Assembly (NCBI RefSeq): GCF_001829675.1
Contig: NZ_MIBZ01000065.1
DNA: 64,000 nt
Source: Sulfurimonas sp. RIFCSPLOWO2_12_36_12
GTDB taxonomy: Bacteria > Campylobacterota > Campylobacteria > Campylobacterales > Sulfurimonadaceae
Strand: one strand, 5' to 3'
Made by a program: the position numbers and the translations under genes. Within the stretch, counting starts at the first letter, position 1. Every line of letters starts with the position of its first letter. The notes under the pieces were generated by a model. The model did not search any database. It saw only the letters and a program-made list of their open reading frames with translations, and was not told where the DNA came from. Below, one piece after another: positions 10,672 to 21,182 of this stretch.

Positions 10672-10734
10672 CCGTTCGCCCTGAGCTCGTCGAAGGGTGA
10701 TTAATTTATGGTTCGACAGGCTCACCACGAACGG
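10672..10734. repeat. GC-rich imperfect palindromic (REP-like) element between nifS and nifU
   Basis: Arms 'ccgttcgccctgagctcgtcgaa' and 'ttcgacaggctcaccacgaacgg' are near reverse complements. A second partial copy lies at 4219-4244. Confidence 0.6.
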
Positions 10735-10792
10735 CAAACTGGTTATGCGAGAAATTTATTAAAAATATAAAAAAATTAGGAGAATTACCACT

Positions 10793-11767
10793 ATGGCAAA
10801 GAATGATTTACTAGGCGCTTCTTTATGGGATGCCTACTCAAATAAAGTAACAACTCTGATGAATAACCCAAATCATCAAGGTGAGATTACGGAACAAGAG
10901 GCAGCAGAGCATGGAAACAGACTTATTGTTGCCGATTTTGGTGCAGAGAGCTGCGGAGACGCAGTGAGGCTTTACTGGGAAGTTGACCCAAAAACTGACA
11001 TAATCGTAAACTCTAAGTTTAAGAGTTTTGGATGCGGAACGGCGATAGCGAGTTCTGACATTATGACAGAGCTTTGTATCGGCAAGACAGTTAAAGAGGC
11101 TGTAAAGATAACAAATATCGATGTTGAGTTTGCTCTTCGCGACAGTCCGGAAATTCCGGCTGTTCCGCCTCAAAAAATGCACTGTTCGGTTATGGCTTAC
11201 GATGTTATCAAAAAAGCAGCCGGACTTTACTTGGGTGTCGATTCTGAGAGTTTTGAAGATGAGATTATTGTTTGTGAGTGTGCGAGAGTTAGCTTGAAAA
11301 CCCTTCAAGAGGTTATTAAACTAAACGACTTAACAACGATTGAGCAGATTACTGATTATACAAAAGCCGGCGGTTTTTGTAAAAGCTGTATAAAACCGGG
11401 CGGACATGAAAAAAGGGAGTACTATCTAGTGGATATTTTAAGAGACACGCGTCGTGAAATGGATGAAGAGAAGATGAAAGCAGCAGCTGATGCCGGTTCA
11501 AAAGGAAATTTTGAATCTATGACTTTGGTTCAACAAATTAAAGCAATTGATGCTCAGATAGATGAGAGTATTCGCCAGTTTTTAATTATGGATGGCGGGG
11601 ATATGGAAGTAATCGATGTAAAATCAAGTGATGACTATATTGATGTTTATATCAGATATTTAGGCGCATGTAACGGATGCGCGAGTTCTGCAACCGGAAC
11701 TCTTTATGCGATTGAATCGACTTTAAAAGAGAAACTATCTAAAAAAATAAGAGTATTGCCAATATAA
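10793..11767 (+). CDS. nifU: NifU-type Fe-S cluster scaffold protein
   Basis: 324 aa. N-terminal IscU-like 'GCGTAIASS', a central [2Fe-2S] Cys module ('CECA', 'CKSC') and C-terminal NifU 'GAC.GC'. Confidence 0.92.
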   Translation: MAKNDLLGASLWDAYSNKVTTLMNNPNHQGEITEQEAAEHGNRLIVADFGAESCGDAVRLYWEVDPKTDIIVNSKFKSFGCGTAIASSDIMTELCIGKTVKEAVKITNIDVEFALRDSPEIPAVPPQKMHCSVMAYDVIKKAAGLYLGVDSESFEDEIIVCECARVSLKTLQEVIKLNDLTTIEQITDYTKAGGFCKSCIKPGGHEKREYYLVDILRDTRREMDEEKMKAAADAGSKGNFESMTLVQQIKAIDAQIDESIRQFLIMDGGDMEVIDVKSSDDYIDVYIRYLGACNGCASSATGTLYAIESTLKEKLSKKIRVLPI

Positions 11768-11770
11768 TTC

Positions 11771-12598
11771 CTACTTTTTGTAGGGATTGTTAAGCGGTGA
11801 ACTCTCACCCATATATCTCACATCTAAAACTGCAATTTCGCACTCAAGCCAAATTTTAAACTCGCCATAAACCCTTCTTTGAGCCTCTTGTATTAGATAC
11901 AGAGCCTCATCAAAAGTGCCGTTTTCTACATTTACCAAAAAGTTTGCATGCTCTAAGCTAAACTCCATTCCGCCAATTCTAAATCCTTTTAATCCAACGG
12001 CTTCAATGAGTCTGCCGGCATAATCGCCAAGAGGATTTTTAAAACAGCTTCCGGCACTTGGAGTAGATGGCTGGTTTGAACGCATTGCTTTAAACATCTC
12101 CAATTTATTTTTATCAAATCCATATGCAAGTTCAAAAGTGGCTTCTAAAATCGGAGTTTTAATATCTGTAAACCTATATCCATAGTTGATATCTTTTTTT
12201 TGTAAATTTCCACCGCATGTATTAATGGATATAAGAGTGTTAAAAATCTCAAACTCCTTTAATCCGGCATTCATAAAAACAAGTCCGCCCAGTGTTCCAG
12301 GAAGATGAGAGAGAAATTCAAAGTTGGCAATGTTATTTTTTTTACAAAAGGAGGCAATTTTTCCTGAGGGCGTAGCGGCTCCGATTTTAAGGGTGTTGTT
12401 TTCTATAATAATGAAGTTGTATTTTTTACTAAGTTTAAGAAGAGGCGGAGGCTCTGTGCCCATTAAAATGTTATTGCATGAGCCAATAATGTAGCAATCT
12501 TTATAATTTTCATTGCAATTTTCCAATATTGAAACATCCAAGGTGTCCCCGATTTTGATTGAAGAAAATTTAGAGAAGTTAATACGCTGTTTTTTCAT
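11771..12598 (-). CDS. murB: UDP-N-acetylenolpyruvoylglucosamine reductase
   Basis: 275 aa, short epsilon-type MurB with 'PGTLGG', 'PSAGS.FKNP' and 'H.NF..N'. TAATG junction with fliQ. Confidence 0.85.
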   Translation of the reverse strand: MKKQRINFSKFSSIKIGDTLDVSILENCNENYKDCYIIGSCNNILMGTEPPPLLKLSKKYNFIIIENNTLKIGAATPSGKIASFCKKNNIANFEFLSHLPGTLGGLVFMNAGLKEFEIFNTLISINTCGGNLQKKDINYGYRFTDIKTPILEATFELAYGFDKNKLEMFKAMRSNQPSTPSAGSCFKNPLGDYAGRLIEAVGLKGFRIGGMEFSLEHANFLVNVENGTFDEALYLIQEAQRRVYGEFKIWLECEIAVLDVRYMGESSPLNNPYKK

Positions 12599-12864
12599 TA
12601 CTCTGCAAATGTTGGCATCATATTAAATATATTTGTTGAATAATCTATCATAACATTTAGCATCCAAGGCATGGTTAAAATGATAACAATAACAACCCCG
12701 ATGATTTTAGGAATAAAGCTCAGTGTCATCTCGTTAATTTGCGTAGTAGCTTGAAAGATACTGACTGCCAAACCTATAAACATACCGGTTAAAAGCCCGG
12801 GAAGCGCCAGCATAAGAGCTATTTTAAATGTTTCAATTCCTAGGGCTATTAGTTTTGCTTCCAT
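12598..12864 (-). CDS. fliQ: flagellar export apparatus protein FliQ
   Basis: 88 aa, two TM, with 'SIFQATTQI.E.TLSF.PK'. Confidence 0.92.
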   Translation of the reverse strand: MEAKLIALGIETFKIALMLALPGLLTGMFIGLAVSIFQATTQINEMTLSFIPKIIGVVIVIILTMPWMLNVMIDYSTNIFNMMPTFAE

Positions 12865-13727
12865 TATGAGTTTCTTAAGCTTTTATACTCGGCAGGTATC
12901 ATAAAATCTTCAGCTTTTATGGGTGAATCGTAAAAACCGTGTTTATAGCCAATTTCAAAAAGTTTGTTTATTGCACTGTACTGAATATCACTTAGTGTAA
13001 TGGAGTCGTCATTTGCATAAAGTTCAAGGTATTTATCCAGTGTCGGCGCATCAATACGAACTAGATTTCTCTCTAAGAGCATCTCTGAGAGTTTATGCTT
13101 ATGTTCTCTTGCAACATGTACTGCTTTTGTCAGAGTCTCTTCATACTCTATGGCTTTGTTTAGTGGAATTGAGCGGCTAATTGCCATTCCGCCAAGAGGA
13201 AGAGGAAGCTCCTTGCCGGCAAGCTCCTGCCAAATATCCCACATCTCTCGTTCAACCTCAAGCTCACTGTTGTAGGTTAAAATGCTTTCGTGAATTAAGA
13301 CACCGGCATCTACTTTTCCATCAAGAACTGCATCTTCAATCTCTAAAAAATTCATATAAGTTACCCTCGCATCAGGGTAGGCTATGCGAAAAAGCATCGC
13401 ATTTGTGGTATGTTCACCGCTAAGAGCAACTTTGAAATTGCGCTTTAGCTTAGCACCTTTTTTTTTGATAACTTTAGGTCCATAACCGTTGCCAAAGCTT
13501 ACAGCAGTGCGAAGAGGCGCATAATCTTCTCTGATGTGCGGGTAAAGAGCAAAGCTTATGGCAACTATCTCATAAACTCCCTTTAGCGCTTTTTCATTTA
13601 GAGTTTGAATATCCTCTGCGATATTTTCAAACTTAACGCCACCCATATCTACCCAGCCAAACTTAATAGCATAATACATAAATATGTCATCAGCATCGGG
13701 AGAGTGAGCTATAAGAGTTTTTTTCAA
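12864..13727 (-). CDS. MqnA/MqnD-family menaquinone (futalosine pathway) biosynthesis protein
   Basis: 287 aa. N-terminal 'AHSPDADD.FM' and periplasmic-binding-like fold signatures of the VitK2 biosynthesis family. The exact step is not assignable by eye. Confidence 0.65.
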   Translation of the reverse strand: MKKTLIAHSPDADDIFMYYAIKFGWVDMGGVKFENIAEDIQTLNEKALKGVYEIVAISFALYPHIREDYAPLRTAVSFGNGYGPKVIKKKGAKLKRNFKVALSGEHTTNAMLFRIAYPDARVTYMNFLEIEDAVLDGKVDAGVLIHESILTYNSELEVEREMWDIWQELAGKELPLPLGGMAISRSIPLNKAIEYEETLTKAVHVAREHKHKLSEMLLERNLVRIDAPTLDKYLELYANDDSITLSDIQYSAINKLFEIGYKHGFYDSPIKAEDFMIPAEYKSLRNS

Positions 13728-13912
13728 ATTATCTGTCCATCTGCAATAGAGATTAAAAATATAAACTAGATTTTAACCAAATAAGGATAAAATCCCACTA
13801 ATTTATATAAAAATTTCTATGATAAAAATAATATGACAATTTGCCATATTATTTAGCGAAAATATAAAAGTGACATATAATAAGTCTAAATTTAATATTA
13901 AGTGAGCCAAAG

Positions 13913-14950
13913 ATGGACGCAAACAAACAAAAATCATTAGACTTAGCGATGAAACAGATTGATAAAGCATTTGGTAAAGGCGCTTTAATGCGACTTGGAG
14001 ATAAAGAGATTGTTCCAATAGCATCAATTAGCACCGGCTCTATCGGACTTGATTTAGCCCTTGGTATTGGCGGTGTTCCACAAGGCAGAGTCGTTGAGAT
14101 ATATGGACCGGAGAGCTCCGGTAAAACAACTTTAGCACTGCAAATAACGGCAGAGTGTCAAAAAGCAGGCGGAGTTTGTGCATTTATAGATGCTGAACAT
14201 GCTCTAGATGTCGGATATGCAAAAAATCTGGGTGTAGATGTAGCAAATCTTCTTGTTTCCCAGCCGGATTACGGCGAACAGGCTTGGGATATTGTTGAAA
14301 CTATTGCTCGCAGCGGCGCGATAGATTTGATAGTTATCGATTCAGTTGCAGCTCTTACCCCAAAGTCTGAGATTGAAGGCGAAATGTCTGATCAAAATGT
14401 CGGTGTACAGGCTCGTTTAATGTCAAAAGCACTCCGTAAACTGACGGGTATTTTGCACAAGATGAACTGTACGGTTATATTTATCAATCAAATCCGTATG
14501 AAAATCGGTATGATGGGTTATGGTTCTCCGGAGACAACAACAGGCGGAAATGCACTTAAGTTTTATGCTTCAGTTCGCATAGATGTTAGACGAATAGCAT
14601 CACTCAAACAGGGCGAAAACAGTATAGGTAACCGTGTCAAAGCAAAAGTTATAAAAAATAAAGTTGCTCCTCCGTTTCGTCAGGCTGAGTTTGATATAAT
14701 GTTCGGCGAAGGAATCTCCAAAGAGGGTGAACTTGTTGATTACGGTGTTAAGCTTGACATCATTGATAAGAGCGGTGCTTGGTTCTCTTACGGGGAAAAT
14801 AAGCTTGGTCAAGGACGCGAAAATGTTAAGGCGAAGTTTAAAGAAGACCCGATATTGGCAAAAGAAGTAGAAGAGAAAATTAAGATGGCTATGGGTATGA
14901 ATGATCTCATGGCTATGGACACGGTAGAGATAGCAGAAGCAGATTTATAA
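13913..14950 (+). CDS. recA: recombinase RecA
   Basis: 345 aa with 'GPESSGKTT' Walker A, 'FIDAEHALD' and 'IFINQIR'. Confidence 0.98.
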   Translation: MDANKQKSLDLAMKQIDKAFGKGALMRLGDKEIVPIASISTGSIGLDLALGIGGVPQGRVVEIYGPESSGKTTLALQITAECQKAGGVCAFIDAEHALDVGYAKNLGVDVANLLVSQPDYGEQAWDIVETIARSGAIDLIVIDSVAALTPKSEIEGEMSDQNVGVQARLMSKALRKLTGILHKMNCTVIFINQIRMKIGMMGYGSPETTTGGNALKFYASVRIDVRRIASLKQGENSIGNRVKAKVIKNKVAPPFRQAEFDIMFGEGISKEGELVDYGVKLDIIDKSGAWFSYGENKLGQGRENVKAKFKEDPILAKEVEEKIKMAMGMNDLMAMDTVEIAEADL

Positions 14951-15013
14951 TCTTGTTTTTGATATTATAAATATAAATTTTATGAGATTTAACAGATAAA
15001 AAGAGGTGAGTAA

Positions 15014-16282
<1,269 letters not shown>

Positions 16283-16291
16283 GAATAATAT

Positions 16292-16570
16292 ATGAATAAT
16301 GAAGAACTTTTTGACGGGATAGACGATACTCAGAGTTTTACTCAAAAGTATCTCGGATTATCTTTTTCAAAGTTCTTTATTCTCGTTTTTTTGGTTCTTG
16401 TAACCGGTGTATATATAGGACTTCTTTTGTATGGAACAAACTCTTTGGAAGTATATTTGGGACTTCAAGATTATGAAGGGCAGTTACAAAAAGAGATAGG
16501 CAGACTAAAAGATGAAAATGCAGAACTTCAAAGAGAATATTTTGAGCTGAAAGAAATTTCTGCAAAATAG
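16292..16570 (+). CDS. small TM plus coiled-coil protein, possibly an FtsB/DivIC-like septation protein
   Basis: 92 aa, one TM followed by 'LQKEIGRLKDENAELQREYFELKE'. The position after eno is typical for ftsB-like genes. Confidence 0.4.
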   Translation: MNNEELFDGIDDTQSFTQKYLGLSFSKFFILVFLVLVTGVYIGLLLYGTNSLEVYLGLQDYEGQLQKEIGRLKDENAELQREYFELKEISAK

Positions 16571-16615
16571 TAATTAAACTTGATATAATACATAGAAATA
16601 TATTTAGGGGTAATT

Positions 16616-17311
16616 TTGATTAAAGTTATATTTATATCTGCTTTATTACTTTTTACACTAAATGCCAGAGAAAACCCTTTTTTCCCCTCTACGGGTGAAA
16701 AAGATATTCTTATAACTACAAACAATAATGGCTCACAAACACCACTTAAAAGAGCAACAATCGCTCTTCCCACACAAGCCAGAGTTCTTCAAAAAGTTAC
16801 AATAGAGTACAAAAATTTAGATGGTTCCGTTGAGAGCAAAAGTATAGAAGTTGAAAATTCTGTAGATTGGCACCTTCCAATCTTTATATCGCAAAGCTAC
16901 TCAGAAGTGCCAAATAGCGCTATTCAGGTAGAAGCAACCGCCGCTCCTGTGTCTCAAAAGAAAAAAATAGAGCCGGAAGTAGAAAAAAAAAGTGTACAAA
17001 AAGAGACAAAGTATGAAAATATTGCATCAATATCTTTTTTAAAACTATATTCATCCGGTAAAAAGCTAAAGCTAGTGACCGGCGATGAAATGATAAGAAA
17101 CTTTTTGATTGTAAATCCGCATAAAATTGTTATTGACTTTAAAAAAGAGACAGATATAAAAAGCTATATATATGAGATACCGAAAAATATCTTTAAAGAG
17201 GTTAGAATCGGGAATCATGATGGCTACTATAGAGTAGCCATTGAGCTTGATGGGCTTTATAGATATGATTTTAAAAAAATCTCTGACGGATACCTTATAG
17301 AGTTAAAATAA
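16616..17311 (+). CDS. AMIN-domain-like periplasmic protein
   Basis: 231 aa, TTG start with an AGGGG RBS, signal peptide. The C-terminal 'KIVIDFKK....RIGNHDGYYRVAIELDG' resembles an AMIN domain. Confidence 0.5.
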   Translation: MIKVIFISALLLFTLNARENPFFPSTGEKDILITTNNNGSQTPLKRATIALPTQARVLQKVTIEYKNLDGSVESKSIEVENSVDWHLPIFISQSYSEVPNSAIQVEATAAPVSQKKKIEPEVEKKSVQKETKYENIASISFLKLYSSGKKLKLVTGDEMIRNFLIVNPHKIVIDFKKETDIKSYIYEIPKNIFKEVRIGNHDGYYRVAIELDGLYRYDFKKISDGYLIELK

Positions 17312-17317
17312 TAGTAT

Positions 17318-19015
17318 CTAAAAATAGCAGTTTATATAAATTTTAAAACTATTTTCCTCGCTCTGAGAGTCTAATACACTTCTCTCTTTATAATCATATT
17401 TGAATTTCAGTTCGGCATTTTGTGAGAGTCTAAAGTTTTGTGAAATTCCAATGAGATTTTGAGCATCGCCCGTATCGTACCATCTTCTAGTCAGTTCTAA
17501 ATTTGTGCTCATGTAGCTAAATTTATCAAAAATAAAACCTAGAGAACTCCCTATTGCTGATTTAAACCCACCATCAAGGTAAAATAGCGGGTCAGCCATA
17601 ATGTAAAGATAGCCAAGCTCATTTCCCCAGCTTAGTCCTGCGCCGATAGTGCCGATAAAGTTTGGTGTAGAATCCAAAGAGTCTTTGTCCCACCCAAATT
17701 TTGTTCTCCAAGAGAGATTTTCAAAGAATTCAGAGCGCTGAGCAAGTGAAACAATGGAGAGGATAGTTGCATTCTCAACATCTAGTTTATTTTGTGAGTA
17801 GGAGAGTTCAAGATTTAAAAACTCAATCTGCGTGCCTCTTAAAAATCCATAATTACTGTCTTCTAGGTCATGATATGCGGGGCGCAGTCCTAAAAATCCT
17901 ATTGAGTTGCCCTCTCTAAAACCGCCACCGATAGAAGTTTTTATTGCTTGATGGCTCTCTATCGGATTTGGTGGAGTTTTAATATCTATTATATTGCCTT
18001 GCCCCAAAGCCGCTCTTGCTTTTGAGATAGCGTGAAAGAGTTTTAAATACTCCTCTTTTTTGATTTTACTTTTGCTGAAGTTATACTCCAACAACTCTAT
18101 GGAGGCTTCTAAAATATACATTTTTTGTTGAACATCAATCTTTTCTCTGTTTATAACATCGCTTACATCGATAGCAGAATTAGCCAGCATAATCGGCAGC
18201 CTGATATGCTCTTCATTAATCAGCTCTTCATATTTTAAGAGGATTGTTCTCTTTGATGGTCTGTAAAAAGTGCTGCTGATTATTTTTTCTGACTTTGTGG
18301 CATGTACGGTTTCAAGCGGAATAACCTGAAAGTTAAAATATTTTCTCAAATCCAAACCCGGTCTTGCAGCTTCTAAAAACCAGAGCATATTATAAGAGCA
18401 GTTCTCGGTAAAAAAATAGTAACTTGAGTGTGTTTCGTTGAGCTCCCAAATATGTCTAACCATCCGAAGAACTTCTTCTTCGCTCAAATCTAAATCATAC
18501 TCCCAAACATCCCTCTGCTCACTGTCTCTATACTCCTTTAGCTTGTCGTAATATGGAAGGAGCGAGTATTTTCCATAGTAACCGCCAAATAGCCCTTTAA
18601 TTGCAAAAAGCGCGCCGTTCTCTTTGTTTGGGTCTGCGTCTGCGGCATAGTTTACGGCATAGGAGAGAAGCTTTGAGTTATATGCAGAGTTTATGCGCAA
18701 AAATGTGTGTCCAAACATAGAGGCAGGAGAGTTGATGTGTGCGGATGGAAAAACTAAGGTTGCAGATTTTGGATTTAATCTTTTGAGCACTTTATCATAC
18801 TCTGTACAATTTACATCCGCAAATTTTGTAATATTTAACTGCTCTTGTAGCCAGGCTTTTCTGGCGGGAAATCTGCATGCTGTTGAGTTGTCGTCAAAAA
18901 TAGTTTCATTTAGCAGAGCGTCAATTGTAGCATTAAGCTCATTTTTTGCATTAGTTTTGCCGTTGAGGGCTAAAAAGAATCTCTTATCGTCTATTTGGCT
19001 GACTCCGTTTTCCAT
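17318..19015 (-). CDS. DUF4105 (Lnb N-terminal-like) protein with C-terminal beta-barrel-like half. The true start is probably upstream, near 19144.
   Basis: 'FPSAHINSPASMFGHTFLRI' is the DUF4105 hallmark. The C-terminus ends in an aromatic residue ('YINCYF'), as in outer membrane proteins. The in-frame upstream extension encodes a signal peptide but has no ATG/GTG/TTG (see findings). Confidence 0.75.
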   Translation of the reverse strand: MENGVSQIDDKRFFLALNGKTNAKNELNATIDALLNETIFDDNSTACRFPARKAWLQEQLNITKFADVNCTEYDKVLKRLNPKSATLVFPSAHINSPASMFGHTFLRINSAYNSKLLSYAVNYAADADPNKENGALFAIKGLFGGYYGKYSLLPYYDKLKEYRDSEQRDVWEYDLDLSEEEVLRMVRHIWELNETHSSYYFFTENCSYNMLWFLEAARPGLDLRKYFNFQVIPLETVHATKSEKIISSTFYRPSKRTILLKYEELINEEHIRLPIMLANSAIDVSDVINREKIDVQQKMYILEASIELLEYNFSKSKIKKEEYLKLFHAISKARAALGQGNIIDIKTPPNPIESHQAIKTSIGGGFREGNSIGFLGLRPAYHDLEDSNYGFLRGTQIEFLNLELSYSQNKLDVENATILSIVSLAQRSEFFENLSWRTKFGWDKDSLDSTPNFIGTIGAGLSWGNELGYLYIMADPLFYLDGGFKSAIGSSLGFIFDKFSYMSTNLELTRRWYDTGDAQNLIGISQNFRLSQNAELKFKYDYKERSVLDSQSEENSFKIYINCYF

Positions 19016-19202
19016 GTGAAGAAGAAGATTCCAATATTTTGACTTCGATAAACTTAGCTCTTCTGCTTTTTGTTTATATGTATCGGCAGAAGCGTTTAAA
19101 AAACTAATGAAAAAAATGAGAATAAAAAGAGATTTTTTTAAAATGAAAAGTTCCTAAGACAGAGAGATTTCCTTGTAGCTCTCGAAAAACATTGTTTTTC
19201 CG

Positions 19203-19276
19203 TAGCTTCAGGGGGTTGGAAGGGACTTTAGTCCCTCACACTAAAACGAACTCGTCCGTTTTAGTGTGTAACATCA
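19203..19276. repeat. double-hairpin intergenic repeat, copy A
   Basis: 'tagcttcagggggttggaagggactttagtccctcacactaaaacgaactcgtccgttttagtgtgtaacat' aligns with copies at 43257-43328 and 62345-62417. Confidence 0.75.
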
Positions 19277-19277
19277 A

Positions 19278-19724
19278 CTATAAAGAAGTAGTTGAGATAT
19301 TATCTAAAACATCAGCCATTGTAGCGTTTTGGCTAGTGTAGATGCTGTTGTAGTTTTCTTGAAGTGATGCTGAGAAAGTTGCTTTATCAGATATTTTTAA
19401 CAGCTCTGCCAAAGTATCAACAGACTCGCCATGACCAATTGCAATCTCTTTTGCAAGCTGATCCATATTTGAAGCTACAAACTCCTGAGCTTGTTCATTC
19501 ATAACGAATTGAGTTTTTTTACAACCCAAAGTTCCTGAAGTAATACCAAAAGTCTGATTACCGAATATACCGTTTGTAGTAGCTTGAAGCGCTAACATTA
19601 TCGCCGTTGAATCATCTTTTATTATTAAAGAACCAAGACCACAACCAGTTTGACTATTTACACCCGCCATTGCAGATGAGCTTAACGCCACAACTGCCAC
19701 TATGCTTACTAAAATTTTTTTCAT
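19278..19724 (-). CDS. DUF3015-family periplasmic protein
   Basis: 148 aa, signal peptide, with 'TGCGLGS' and 'FGITSGT.GC', typical DUF3015 blocks. Confidence 0.65.
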   Translation of the reverse strand: MKKILVSIVAVVALSSSAMAGVNSQTGCGLGSLIIKDDSTAIMLALQATTNGIFGNQTFGITSGTLGCKKTQFVMNEQAQEFVASNMDQLAKEIAIGHGESVDTLAELLKISDKATFSASLQENYNSIYTSQNATMADVLDNISTTSL

Positions 19725-19782
19725 AGAACATTCCTCCGAATTAAGATAAAATTATTGTAAGATTAATTAGCTTAATGAAAAA

Positions 19783-20373
19783 TTAGTTTTTATTTAACTC
19801 TTCGTCTTTCCAATATTTTGTGCCCTGAACGGTAGCTTGCAGAGCAAGTCCGTTTTGCGTCATTTTGTAGAGTCTTATCCCCGGTGCAACAGTCTCAGCG
19901 GCATTTATAGCTCCGCCAGTCTCTTCATATTTTGCAGCAGCGTCAGCTTGTGCGTTTGCTTCCCAACCTGAGTTTACAAAAGTATCATATGTTTTTTTAT
20001 CTTCAAATAAAAATACCGCCCTGAAATCTTTAACGCCAAGACCAAGACCTAAGCCGCCCGAAGCCATATTCATGTAGGTATTTATGCCGGTTCTATTGTT
20101 GTGCGCCATCCCTTTTCCGCCCTCAGCCGAAAGCAAAACAAGATTAACCCCGATGTTGGTAAAAGTCGCATATCCGTAAGAGCTAAGTATCATGTTTTTT
20201 GCTTCAGGTGCATATTTATAGAGCAGTTGCAGAGTTTCATTATTTGTCATGATGCGATTTACTCTCTCCAATCTATTCTCTTCTCTTATCTCTTTCTTGG
20301 TTTTTCCTGACCAGAAACCGGAGAATAAAACAACAACAAGAAGCAAACCGAAAATTAATTTTAAATGTTTCAT
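19783..20373 (-). CDS. SYLF (DUF500/Ysc84-like) lipid-binding domain protein
   Basis: 196 aa with an N-terminal anchor and Gly-rich blocks 'AEGGKGM', 'ASGGLGLGLGVKDFRAVFLF' and 'GLALQATVQGTKY'. Confidence 0.5.
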   Translation of the reverse strand: MKHLKLIFGLLLVVVLFSGFWSGKTKKEIREENRLERVNRIMTNNETLQLLYKYAPEAKNMILSSYGYATFTNIGVNLVLLSAEGGKGMAHNNRTGINTYMNMASGGLGLGLGVKDFRAVFLFEDKKTYDTFVNSGWEANAQADAAAKYEETGGAINAAETVAPGIRLYKMTQNGLALQATVQGTKYWKDEELNKN

Positions 20374-20513
20374 TATGGCAACCTTTATTTATGGCAATAA
20401 TAATATCATAATTTATTAAAATAGATAAACTGCTTAATACAGACAGATTTTAATCTATAATGTTATTATTATGAAAAATAATAATGGGTGCTTAACCCGC
20501 TAAAAGGATTAAA

Positions 20514-21170
20514 TTGAAACTACAAAAAATATTGAGCGTTGCTGTTTTTGGTGTGATGTTTTTAATGAACGGTTGTGCAGGCAAGAGCGTGGAAGCAAAA
20601 AACACGGGATTTTTTAAAGATTATGAGCAATTTGGCAACTCTGCAGGTTTAAGTGCAACAAAAAGTTCAAAAGATGTTGACATGTCAAAATATAAAACCG
20701 TTTTTGTCTCTCCGGTTGAGGTTATATCGGCAATTCCGCAAGAGCAGCAGACGCCTTTGCAAAAAAAACTTTATAAAGAGATTTCAGATTATTTAACGGA
20801 CGGATATAAAAAAGAGATTCAAAAAAGCGCAAGATACATGTTAGCTGAAACAAAAAGCCCAAATACATTAAAGCTAGAATCTGCAATTTCAACAGTCGAA
20901 GTACATTTTGATGATGATAAATGGAACCAATTTTCGCCCATAGCAATGGATATTACGGTAACTTCTTACAACTCTTATGCGGATGAAAATGTTCGAATTT
21001 TGGGTGAAAAGCGCATTGTTGATTCAGTGACGCAAGAGGTGCTGTTTGAGAGTATGGATATAATCAAAGATGAAAAAATCAGTTTAAATGGCGACACTTT
21101 AGAGTTTCAAAACATTAAACCTGCTCTTGATAGATGGATAGAGCATATAAAAAATTATTTTGCCAAATAA
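20514..21170 (+). CDS. DUF3313-like lipoprotein
   Basis: 218 aa, TTG start, lipobox 'LMNGC', then 'GFFKDYEQF' soon after the Cys as in DUF3313. Confidence 0.5.
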   Translation: MKLQKILSVAVFGVMFLMNGCAGKSVEAKNTGFFKDYEQFGNSAGLSATKSSKDVDMSKYKTVFVSPVEVISAIPQEQQTPLQKKLYKEISDYLTDGYKKEIQKSARYMLAETKSPNTLKLESAISTVEVHFDDDKWNQFSPIAMDITVTSYNSYADENVRILGEKRIVDSVTQEVLFESMDIIKDEKISLNGDTLEFQNIKPALDRWIEHIKNYFAK

Positions 21171-21182
21171 GCCAAAACAGCG

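Noticed and set aside
10838-11308. 156-aa minus-strand ORF inside nifU, plus similar long antisense ORFs inside ilvD (57381..57752), thrS (58666..58986), the aldolase-SDR gene and the ABC permease
   Set aside because: They lie fully inside high-confidence genes on the opposite strand, have odd composition and lack RBS. They are typical shadow ORFs.
13803-14034. Two minus-strand ORFs (61-74 aa) overlapping the recA start region
   Set aside because: This is an AT-rich promoter/leader region plus the antisense of the recA N-terminus. There is no coding signal.
16983-16991. A9 homopolymer inside the AMIN-domain gene as a phase-variation tract
   Set aside because: It encodes a Lys run in a Lys/Glu-rich linker. 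Poly-A of this length is common in AT-rich genomes, and phase variation in this phylum typically uses poly-G/C.
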